This document shows positions 1 to 11,600 of a stretch of DNA of 64,000 nt, one piece after another. The first letter of the stretch is position 1. Each line of letters begins with the position of its first letter. Origin of the DNA: Azolla caroliniana (lineage: Eukaryota > Plantae > Polypodiophyta). A program made the translations under genes and the position numbers. Under the pieces are notes generated by a model, which saw only the letters and a list, made by a program, of their open reading frames with translations, had not been told where the DNA came from and searched no databases. The DNA lies in the NCBI GenBank assembly GCA_043228905.1, contig JBHGNT010000015.1, positions 4,092,001 to 4,156,000 on the forward strand, read 5' to 3'.

Positions 1-430
1 ATTGAAAATTTTTCTTTGAAAAGAATATTACGCGGCTTGGCTTTCGTATGACCATATGAGCTCTATGTTTTGGTCAAGTACATTCATGTATCTTTCGTTG
101 ATTCATACATAAAAAACGAATGGGTTTTTGACCATAGCGCTCGAGCCCATGATGACAAGACTTAGAGTGTTTTCCTCTACCATAAATATAAGTGGCCCAT
201 GATGACAAGACTTAGAGCGTTTTCCTCTACCATAAATATAAGCGGGCTGGACACCACCTTTACTTAAATCAACCCCAGAACAATTGCATTCTTCCGTGTA
301 TGCTAAGTCTCCTTTTCTCACATTAACTCCCTCGCGGAGCACCATATGATCTGAGGCTTGCCCGTAAGGAAGTTCTTGCAGATATGGTTCACTAATAGAA
401 ACAATAACATTTTACTTCTAGACCAATGAT

Positions 431-503
431 CGCCGACCATGGGGCTCGAACCCATGACCACAAGGTTAAGAGCCTTGCGCTCTACCATCTGAGCTAGGTC
501 GGC
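431..503 (-). tRNA. tRNA-Lys(CUU), structurally intact
   Basis: Reverse complement is GCCGACCTAGCTCAGATGGTAGAGCGCAAGGCTCTTAACCTTGTGGTCATGGGTTCGAGCCCCATGGTCGGCG (73 nt). It has a perfect 7-bp acceptor stem, anticodon arm CAAGG-CTCTTAA-CCTTG, T arm ATGGG-TTCGAGC-CCCAT and intact A/B boxes. Confidence 0.9.
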
Positions 504-1167
504 TTCATGCACTTTTCACTATAATGGTGTATTGACTGGGAGTGGACCAAACGTTTTACTTCCACAATAGGAGTAAGTGCCCTACACACCACCATTGAAT
601 TTAGTGTGCGACTCATTACAACTCGAACTATTTTCATGGGTATAGGGATTTGTGGAATTTTGAGTTAGAGGCTATTACGATTTTCCATTGAAGGTACGTC
701 GCCCCTTCGTAACTCCGGCGAAACACTTCTAGTCATCTAAAGGTAACTGCTAAGTTTGGTCTGAAAAGAATATGAAACGGCTTGCGTACGACCATATGAG
801 CTCGATGTTTTGGTCAAGTACATTCATGCATATTTCGTTGACTACTACAAAATAAAAAATGGTTACTGACGATAGGGCTCGAGCCCATGCTTAGCGAGTT
901 TTCATCTACTGTAAAACTAACCCGGCTCGACGAGCTCTTTTCATAACTCAACCCCGGAATAACTGCGATCTTCTGTTGATGCTAAGGTGCTTTCTCTCAG
1001 AGTGATGACGCACTTGCAGTCATCTTCACTTGACCCAGCATTTTGTTCTCACAAAAATATTAACACACTCTCGGACAACCATATGATCTGAGGCTTGTCA
1101 TGAAGGAGTTTGTTGCAGATATTGTTCACTACTGTAAACAATAACAGTTTATGTTGACACCAATAAT

Positions 1168-1239
1168 CGCCGACCATGGGGCTCGAACCCATGACCACAA
1201 GGTTAAGAGCCTTGCGCTCTACCATCTGAGCTAGGTCGC
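1168..1239 (-). pseudogene. tRNA-Lys(CUU) copy with a 1-nt deletion in the 5' acceptor strand
   Basis: Identical to 431-503 except that it ends ctaggtcgc instead of ctaggtcggc. Confidence 0.8.
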
Positions 1240-1596
1240 TCCATGTGCTTTTCACTAAGGTGTATTTATTGGGAGTGGACAAAACGTTTTACCTTCACAA
1301 TAGGAGTAAGTGCCCTACACACCACCATTGACTTTAGTGTGCGACTCATTAGAACTCAAACAATTTTCACGGGTATAGGGATTTGTGGAATTTTGAGTTA
1401 GAGGGTATTACGATTTTCCATTGAAGGTACATCGCCGCTTCGTAACTCCGACGAAGCACTTCTAGTCATCTAAAGGTAATTGATAATTTTGCTCTGAAAA
1501 GAATAGGAAGTGGCTTGCGAACGACCATATGAGCTCGATGTTTTGGTCAAGTACATTCATGCATATTTCGTTGACCGCTACAAAATAACAAATGGT

Positions 1597-1668
1597 TATT
1601 GACCATAGGGCTCGACCCCATGAGCACAAGGCTTAGCGCATTTTCCTCTACTATAAACCTAACCCGGC
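1597..1668 (-). pseudogene. Representative degenerate second (B-type) tRNA-like copy present in each repeat unit
   Basis: gaccatagggctcgaccccatgagcacaaggcttagcgcattttcctctactataaacctaacccggc aligns along the tRNA-Lys copy. The anticodon arm and the A/B boxes are degenerate. Confidence 0.75.
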
Positions 1669-4362
1669 TCGACGAGCTCTTTCCATAACTCAACCCCAGA
1701 ATAATTGTGATTTTTCGTCAAATACTAAGGCGGCTTATCTCACATTGATGATGCAGATGGAGTTATCTAGACTCTACTCATAATTTTGTTTTAACAAGAA
1801 TATTAACACCCTCACAGACAACAATATGATGTTAGGTTTTTCCGTGAAGGAGTTTCCTGCAGATATTGTGCACAAATAGAAACAATAACATTTTACTTTG
1901 AGACCAATGATCACCAACCATGGGGCTCAAACCCATGACCACAAGGTTAAGAGCCTTGCGCTCTATGATATGAGGTTGGCCAGCTCCACGTGCTTTTCAC
2001 TAACATCTATTTACTGGCAGTGGATAATATGTTTTACTTTGACAATAGGAGTAAGTGTGCTCTACACCACCGTTGAATTTAGTGTGTGACTTATTCCAAA
2101 TTGAAGTATTTTCACAGGTATAGGGATTTGTTAATATTTAGTTAGGACCTATTCTGATCTTCCATCGAAGGTACGTCGCTGCTTCATCGGACGAAGCACT
2201 TCGATTCATCTAAACGTAATTCATAATTTTTCTCTAAAATGAATATTAAGCAGCTTTCGTATGACCATATGAGCTCGATGTTTTGGTCAAGTACATTCGT
2301 GTATATTTTGTTGATTAATACAAAAAAAAAAAGGTTGCAAACCATAGCGCTCGAGCCCATGACGACAAAGCTTAGCGTGAATATAAGCCGGCTACACATG
2401 GTCTTCAATTAAGTTAACCCTAGAACAATTGTGATCTTCTGTCGATGCTAAGGCGTCTTCTCTCACTGTGATGACACAATTGGAGTCATCTAGACTTGAC
2501 TCATCATTTTGTTCTACCAAGAATATTAACACCCTCGCGGGCAACCATATAATCTAAGGCTTTCATTTGAAGGAATTGCCTGGAGATATTGTTCACTAAT
2601 GGAAACAATAACATTTTACTTCGAGACCAATAATCGCCGACAATGGGGTTCAAACCCATGACCACAATGTTAAGAGCCTTGCGCTCTACAATCCGAGCTA
2701 GGTCGGCTCCATGTGCTTTTTACTAAGGTGTATTTACTAGAAGTGGACCAAATGTTTTACTTTGACAATAGGAGTAAGTGCCCTGCACACCATCGTTGAA
2801 TTTAGTGTGCGACTCATTACAACTCCAAGTATTTTCATGAGTATAGGTATTTCTGGAAATTTGAGTTAAAGGTTATTCCAATCTTCGATCGAAGGTATGT
2901 CGCCGCTTCCTAGCTCCAACAAAGCACTTTTATGCATCTAAAGCTAACTGATAATTTTTCTCCGGAAAAGAATACTAAGCGGCTTTCATACGACCATATG
3001 AGCTCGATGTTTTGGTCAAGTACATTCATGTATCTTTTGTTGACTGCTAGAAAAATAACAAATGGTGGATGACCATAGGGCTTGAGCCCATGAACACAAG
3101 GGTTAGTGTGTTTTCCTCTACCGTAAACCTAACCCGTCTCGACGAGCTCCTTACATATCTCAACCCCAGAATAATTGTGATCTTCCGTCGATGCTAAGGT
3201 GCCATCTTTCTTTGTGATGAGGCACTTGGACTTGACTCATCATTTTGTTTTAACATGAATATTAACACCCTCACGGACAACCACATAATCTGAGGCTTTC
3301 CGTGAAGGAGTTTCTTGCAGATATTGTTCACTAATAGAAACAATAACATTTTACTTCGAGAGCAATAATCGTCGACCATGGGGCTCGACCCATGACCACA
3401 ATGTTAAGAGCCTTGCACTCTAGTATCCGAGTTAGGCCGCCTCCATGTGCTTTCCACTAAGATATATTTACTGGGAGTGGACCAAACATTTTACTTTGAC
3501 AATAGGAGTAAGTGGCCTGCACACCGTCGTTGAATTTGGTGCGCAACTCATTACAACTGGAAGTATTTTCACAGGTATACGGATTTTTGGAAATTTGAGT
3601 TACAGGATATTCTGATCTTCCATCGAAGTTACGTCACCACATGGTAGCTTCGACAAAGAAGTTCTATTCATCTATAGGTAACTGATAATTTTGCTCGGAA
3701 AAGAATATTAAGAGGCTTTCGTACACCACATGAGCTCGATGTTTTGGTCAAGTACATTAATGTATTTTTTGTTGACTGCTACAAAAATAACAAATGGTTG
3801 TTGACCATAGGGCTCGAGCCCAAGAATACAAGGCTTAGCGTGTTTTCCTCTACCGTAAATTGAACCCGGCTCGACGAGCTCTTTACATAACTCAACCCCA
3901 GAATAACTGTGATCTTCCGTCGATGGTACGTCGCCTTCTCTCAGAGTGATGACACACTTGGAGTCATCTAGAGTTGACTCCTCATTTTTTTCTAACAATT
4001 ATATTAACACCCTTGCGGAGCACCATATGATCTAAGGCTTTCCGTCAAATCCTTTCGTGGAGATTACTAATAAAAACAATAACATTTTACTTCCAGACCA
4101 ATGATTGCCAACCATGGGGCTCAAACCACATTTTCCTCTACCGTAAACCTAACCCGGCTCGATCAGCTCTTTACATAACTCAACCTCAGAATAACTGTGA
4201 TGGCGCACTTGGAGCCATCTAGAGTTGACTCCTCATTTTGTTCTAACAATTATATTAACACCCTCGCGGAGCACCATATGATCTAAGGTTTGCCGTTAAA
4301 GACTTTTGTGAAGATATGGTTCACTAATAGAAACAATAACATTTTACTTCGAGACCAATCTT

Positions 4363-4435
4363 CGCCGACCATGGGGCTCCAACCCATGACCACAAGGTTA
4401 AGAGCCTTGCACTCTACCATCTGAGCTAGGCCGGC
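4363..4435 (-). pseudogene. tRNA-Lys(CUU) copy with a mutated B box
   Basis: Full length, but the T loop reads TTGGAGC instead of TTCGAGC. Confidence 0.75.
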
Positions 4436-6939
4436 TCCATGTGCTTTTCACTAAGGTGTATTTACTGGGATAAGACCAAATGTTTTACTTTCACAATACG
4501 AGTAAATGCCATGTACACTAGCGTTTAATTTAGTGTGCAAGTCATTACAACTCGAAGCATTTTAAAGGATATAGGGATTTGTGATATTTTAGCTAGAGGC
4601 TATTCCGATCATCCATCGAAGGTACGCCGCCATTTCATAGCTCCGATGAAACATTTCTAGTCATCTAAAGGTAACAGATAATTTTCCTGCGATGATGCAC
4701 TTGGAGTCATCTAGACTTGAGTCATCATTTCTTTCTAGCAAGAATATAAACAACCTCGTGGACAACCATATGATCTGAGACTTGTCGTCAAGCATATTCA
4801 TGTATTTTTCATTGATTGATAAAAAATTATACTCAAACTCAAATGGTGGCTGACGATAGGGCTTGAGCCCATGAACACAAGGTTTAGCGCCTTTTGCTCT
4901 ACCATAAGGCTAACCCGTCTCTAGGTGGTCTTTATTTAGCTAACCCCCATAACAATTGTGATCTTCCGTTGATGGTAAGACTCCTTCGCTCACTGCGATG
5001 ATGCACTTGGAGTCATCTAGACTTGAGTCATCATTTCTTTCTAGCAAGAATATAAACAACCTCGTGGACAACCATATGATCTGAGACTTGCCGTCAAGGA
5101 CTTTCATGTAGATATTGTTCAATAATAGAAACAATATCATTTTACTTCGAGACCGATGATGGCAAAGCATGGGGTTCGAACCCATGACCACAAAGTTAAG
5201 AGCCTTGTCCTCTACCATCTGAGCTTGGCCGGCTCCACGTGCTTTTCACTAAGGTGAAATATTTATTGGGAGTAGATCAAACATTCTACTTTGACAATAG
5301 GACTAAATGGCCTACACACCATTACAACTCGAAGTATTTTTACGGGTATAGGGATATGTGGAAATTTGAGTTAGAGGCTATTCCGATCTTCCATCGAAGG
5401 TACATCGCCGCTTCGTATCTCCAACGTAAACCTAAGCCGGCTCTACGCGCTCTTTATTTAACTCAACCCCAAGGAAATTGCAATATTTCGTCATTGTTAA
5501 GGAGCCATCTCTCACTATGATGACGCACTTGGAGTCATCTAGAGTTGACACATCATTTTCTTCTAACAAGAATATTACCACCCTCCCGGCCCACTATATG
5601 ATCTGAAGCTTGCCGTCAATGACTGTCGTGCGGATATTGTTTACTAATAGAAACACTAACATTTTACTTCGAGACAAATGATCGCCGACCATGGGGGTCG
5701 AACCCATGGCCACAAGGTTACGAGCTAGGCCGGCCCCATGTGGTTTTCACTCAGGTGTATTTATTGGGAGTGGACCAAACATTTTACTTTGACAATAGGA
5801 GTCAGTGCCCTCCACACCATCATTAAATTTAGTGTGGGACTTATTACAACTCGAAGTATTGTCACGGGTATACGGATTTGTGGAAATAGAGGCTATTACG
5901 ATCTTCCATCGAAGGTACGTCGTCACTTCGTAGCTCCGACAAAGGACTTTTATCCATCTAAAGGTAACTGATAATTTTTCTCTGAAAATAATATTACGCG
6001 GCTTTCGTATGACCATATGAGCTCGATGTTTTAGTCAAGTACATCCTTGTATCTTTCGTTGATTGATACAAAAAAACAAACGGTTTCTGACCATAGGGCT
6101 CCAGCCCATGACAAGAAGGCTTAGCGCATTTTCGTCTACCATAAATATAAGTCGGCTACCCACGCTCTTTACTTAAGTCAACCGCAGAACCATTGCGTTC
6201 TTCAGTCGATGCTAAGGCGCCTTCTCTCTCTGTGATGACGCACTGGCAGTCATCTAGACTTGACTCATCATTTTATTCTAACAAGAATATTATCACCATC
6301 GCGGAGCACCATATGATCTGAGGCTTTCCGTCAAAGACTTTCGTGCAGATATGGTTCAATCGAAATAATAACATTTTACTTTGAGACCAATCATCGTCAA
6401 CCATGGGGCGCGAACCCATGACCACAAGGTTAAGAGCCTTGCACTCTATCATTTGAGCTAGGCCGGCTGCATGTGCTTTTCACTAAGGTATATTTACTAG
6501 GAGTGCACCATACGTTTTACTTTCACAATAGGAATAAGTGCGCTTCACACCACCGTTGAATTTAGTGTGTGACTCATTACAACTCGAAGTATTTTCACGG
6601 GTATAGGGATTTGTGGAAATCTGAGTCAGAGGCTATTCCGATCTTCCATCGACGGTACGTCGCCACTTTGTAGCTCCGAGAAAGCACTGCTATTCATCTA
6701 AATGTAACCGATAAGTTTGCTCTGAAAAGAATATTAAACAGCTTTTATATGACCATATGAACTCGATGTTTTGGTCAAGTACATTGATGTATTTTTGGTT
6801 GACTGCTACAAAAATAACAAATGGTTGCTGACCATAGGGTCGAGCCCATGAACACAATCCTTAGCGCGTATTCCTCTATTGTAAACCTAACCCAGCTCAA
6901 TGAGCTCTTTACATAACTCAACCCAAGAATAATTGCAAT

Positions 6940-7705
6940 AATGAGCATCAGTTCCTCTTCAGTTGTCGTGATTTCCGGCAACCAAAGATCTTTACCCACC
7001 AGCATATCCCTCATCTTCGACTTCCACACTGAGTAGTTGGAGCCGGTGAGCTTGAACATACTGCCAAACAATTCTTCCATTTCCTGTGTTGTTCGCTCTG
7101 ATACTAGTTTGAAGAGAAATAGCATGGAATACTTCTCGGCCACAACCGAGTAATGAAACACTACAATGAGAATCAAAGACAGTAATGGGAAGTAGAGAGT
7201 GAACGGACGTACACACACAACGATAGAGAGTACACATAATGTTTACGTGGAAAACCCTTAATGGGAAAAACCACGGGAGCCCACAAACTCCAACTATCAC
7301 TATGAAGAAAAGGGTACAATCAGAGACTCGAAGGCAATGACCTCGACCTCTGTATCTTCGCCAAGCGGCGGTTACAACTGAGTATAGGTCTGTATCTCTC
7401 TCTCTGTATGCAACAGTTATGCACATCCAACAATTTGACAACCACACTTCTTTTGTGATTGCCCTAGGTCATATATATACTCATATGAACTTAGGGCTAT
7501 TTACAAATATAGCCTCAATAGGCTTACTCAAAACATATTTACAAATATGTCTTTTCTTCCGGTTCTCACTAGGTCCATCCGATCCGGTTTCTGGATCTCT
7601 TCGAGAACTGGGTCCATCCGATCCGGTTTCTGGATCTCTTCCGGTTCTCACTAGGTCCTCTTCATTCATAACCGGATCCCATCTAGAGGGACCGACATCC
7701 CAATA
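6940..7705 (-). mobile_element. Truncated Ty1/copia remnant (LTR 7110-7705, decayed Met PBS, gag N-terminus) within the array
   Basis: Encodes MEELFGSMFKLTGSNYSVWKSKMRDML, homologous to the gag at 57593. The PBS-like sequence ctctgatacta lies at ~7096-7106, and the LTR resembles those at 37158 and 62564. Confidence 0.8.
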
Positions 7706-8685
7706 GTTGTCGCTCCGTAGCTCCGATGATGCACTTCTAGTCATCTAAAGCTAACTGATAATCTTTCTATGAAAAGAATATTAAGCAATTTCCTCACGGC
7801 CACATGGGGTCGATGTTTTCGTCAAGCACATTAATGTATGTTTCATTGATTGATACAAAAATTATGCTCAAACAAAAATCGTTTCTGACCATAGGGCTCC
7901 AGTGCTTGACGGAAAGGTTTAGTGCCTTTTCCTCTACCGTAAAACCTAATCGTCTCCACGCGCTCTTTACTTAACTAAACCCCATAACAATTGCGATCTT
8001 CCGTCCATTGTAAGGCGCCTTCTCTCACTATAATAATGCACTTGGATTCATCTAGACTTGACTCGGTCATTTTTTTCTAGCAAGAATATTAACATCCTCG
8101 TGGACAACCATACGATCTAAGGCTTGCCGTCAAGGACTTTTGTCCAGATATTACTCAGTAATAGAAACAATAACATTTAACTTCGAGATCGTCGACCATG
8201 GGGCTCGAACCCATGACTACAAGATTAAGAGCCTTGCGCTCTACCATCTGAGTTAGGAAGGCTCCATGTGCTTTTCTATTTATAGGGATAAGAGCAAACA
8301 ATTTACTTTGACAATAGGAGTAAGGGACTTGCACACCACTGTTGAATTTACTGTGCGATTTAATACAACTCGAAGCATTTTCATGGGTATAGGGATTTGT
8401 GGAAATTTTTGTTAGAGGCTATTCGAATCTTCCATGGTAGGTACGTCGCCGCTTCATAGCTCCGATGAAGCACTTCAAGTATTCTAAAGGTACCTAATAA
8501 TTTTGCTATGAAAAGAATATTAACCGGCTTCCATACGACCATATGCGCTCAATGTTTTGGTCAAGCATATTCGTGTATCTTTCCTTGATTGATAAAAAAA
8601 TTATACTCAAACACAAATGGTTGTTGACCATAGGGTTCGAACCCATGACCAAAAGGGTTAGCACATTTTTCTCTACCGTAAACGT

Positions 8686-11600
8686 TGTCGTGCCTTTCGG
8701 CTCCGGATCGTTTGCGTGAGTCGGGTGGGAACCACCGGGGTTTTGGACTTGGAGAAAGAAAAATACAAATAAGGCTAGTAAAGAATAGGTATAAAGAGTT
8801 ATAAGATAAGAATCTCGTGAATCCCACGAGTTTAGTATATTTAGTCAATATTTAGGTAGTAAGAGAGAATTATTTTAGCAAATTCGTGAATCCCAGGAAT
8901 ATTTTAGATTGATTGATCATTATAGAAAAATAATCAACAAAAAAAGAATATGTATTTAGATTGAAAGAAAGATATAAGAAACTTGTGAATCCCACAAGTA
9001 TAGATTATATTATTTTCGTGAATCCCACGATTATATTAATTGGTGTTTTAGGAAATATATCCAATTTCCCAAATATTTTTCACACGCCTATTACATTGTG
9101 CTCCCCATCCTTATGTAGTGATGGGAGAGACTAAGCATAGCTACATGCTTTTTTTTCTAATATGTTCATGCACACTAAATATGCATGTGATGCTTTTCTA
9201 ATCCTTCCTTTTATTTGCTAAATATAGTGCTCATGCACGCTAGATGTGCATGAGTCACTTTTTAGTTGCTTGCGTTTTTCTATAAAATATTCACGCACTC
9301 TAAAAATGCACGATTTACCTTTTAATAAAGGTAGGTGCAAATAAAGCACTTATAGTTATTAAATCTTTTTGTAGAACACTAAAGATAAGGTAGCATAATG
9401 GTAAAGTTGAGGTTTGGCTACGTGGAGGTACAAGGTTCAAATCTTGCCCTATGCATGTGATAAATATCTTGATATTCTTATTTTATTTATTTATATGTAA
9501 TTAAATCGGTTATATTATTTTTACTTTTTCACGTAGTGTACGAAATACACTACGACACTCGCCCCCTCCGAACCCGCACATCCTCCGGTATGTGCCGAAG
9601 TTGCCGATGCTCGTTGTCTCCCCTTCATCCTCCGTTTGTCCCGCTATGTCAACTTTGTCTCTCCATTTTGAGTAGACCCATTCTTTCCACCCGAACCATT
9701 GTCGCCATCCGATCCACCATATTATTTGTTCTCTCTCGTCATATTCTTGGCCCTTGTCATTCATGGTAGTGTCTTTTACTGGCCTCTTTCTTGTCTTCAT
9801 CAACCTTGACTTTTTTCCGGATCGCTCTCGTCCGATCGACTTTCGGTTTGATCGGCTTCCGATCGGATTCGTATTCGGCCGAATCGGAATCGGTTGTTTG
9901 GTTTTGATTGAGTCGGTCTCCTTCCGCCCCGGTTTCGATCTATCGGTTTCGGTTTCGGTTGGCTTTCTTTTCCTCGTTTTCACCAGCCTCGACCGGTCCA
10001 ACCTTCGGTTGAGTCGGATTAGCTTCTTTCCGGATCGATCTCGTCTGATTGGCTTTCGGCTAGGTCGGCTTCCATCCATATTCGCGTTCGGCCAAGTCAG
10101 ACTCGGTCGATCGGTTTTGACCAAGTCGACCCCTTTTCGGGTCGGCTTTCTTTCGGGTCGTCTTTCGGCCGAATCCTCATTCGCCCGATTCAGCTTTCGT
10201 TTGTGTCGTCTTTCGGCCGAATTCTCTTCCTTTCGGTTCGGCTTTCTTTTGGGTCGACTTTTGGTTGAATCCTCATTCGCCCGGTTCGGCTTTCTTTCGG
10301 GTCGTCTTTCGGCCGAATCCTCATTCGCCCGGTTCGGCTTTCGTTTGTGTCGTCTTTCGGCCGAATTCTCTTCCTTTCGGTTCGGCTTTCTTTCGGGTCG
10401 ACTTTTGGTCGAATCCTCTTTTACCCGGTTCGGCTTTCTTTCGGATCGGAATCCCGTCCGGATCACCTTCCATCCAAACCGGCTTCCGACTTTACCTTTC
10501 TTGCTGCCACCTCCCGTCTCTCCGGTCTCACGTTGGTTCTCGGACACAACTGCCGAAGTCTCTAGAATTAGTGGGTAGGAATCCTCGGTATTATCATCCT
10601 CCATTGTTTCACCCATAGCCATATTCTCGGCTATCTCTCCGTCGTATGCATCGACTTCGACCTTTGTTTTCTCTCCGCCACCTTCTGTCTCTTCGGTCTC
10701 ACGTTGCCTTTCGAACGCAACCGCCGGAGTCTCTAGAATCAGTGGTGGGGAAGTCTCGATATGGCCATCCGTCATTGATTCGTCCATAGCCACCTTCGAT
10801 TCGATGTCATCTTTCGTGGCGACCTCCTCAATCAAGTCCTCCTTGCTCTCTTTCACTGCATCAATTATGCAAACATCAATTATGCTTACCCCTTTTTCAC
10901 CCGATGTTTCGGACACTTGTATTCCGAAATCTTCTTCTACACTTGGGTTATCGGCCTTATCCTTCGCCATCGTTCTTTCGCAAGACAAGAGGGTAGCTTG
11001 TTTTACACCCTCTTCCGTCGCACCATCATGTTGTATTTCGGCCTTCATATCGGCTCCATCGTTTGTCTTCAATCGACCATCCTTCATCGGCCATGTCGTT
11101 GACAAGATTCTCATCTTCCTCTCATCATGTCTCCGGCATACCCTTTGGACTTCGGCCCAATTTTCGGTAAGACCATTCGTACCGTCATCGTCTTCGAGTT
11201 CGATCCCGATGTCCATCCTTTCTTTTCGATCGATCGATTTTACGAACATTAGGACTTTATCCTCCCCCACCAACCGTTGTTCCCGCTCCGAGAGTCGAGC
11301 AAAACGATTCTCGAACTCTAGGAATGCTTGTGTTGCACTTCGGTGGGTCTTCTCCGATGCCACCCATTCGTCGAATTCTCGTCGATCTTGTCCCTTCGAT
11401 CTCTTGTAATCATATGCCTCTCGTAAAGCTTCTTCGAATGACCCCCATGTCGAGTTTTGTTGCCGTATCTTGTGGATTCTCTCTTGTAGCTCATCCGTGG
11501 CCACCCGATTGAAGGATGTCACTTGCAATCCTTCCGGTATCCCACATCGTATCATCTCTGCCTTGTAGTCATGTAGATAGCGTGACAGATCGTTTCCGTT

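Noticed and set aside
9384-9455. Calling the LTR cassettes functional tRNA genes
   Set aside because: Acceptor and anticodon stems do not pair properly. Only the A/B boxes and their spacing are supported.
9754-11409. Antisense ORFs of 274 and 201 aa (and similar ones at 40358-41623)
   Set aside because: These are shadows of a low-complexity charged sense ORF, with no independent motifs.
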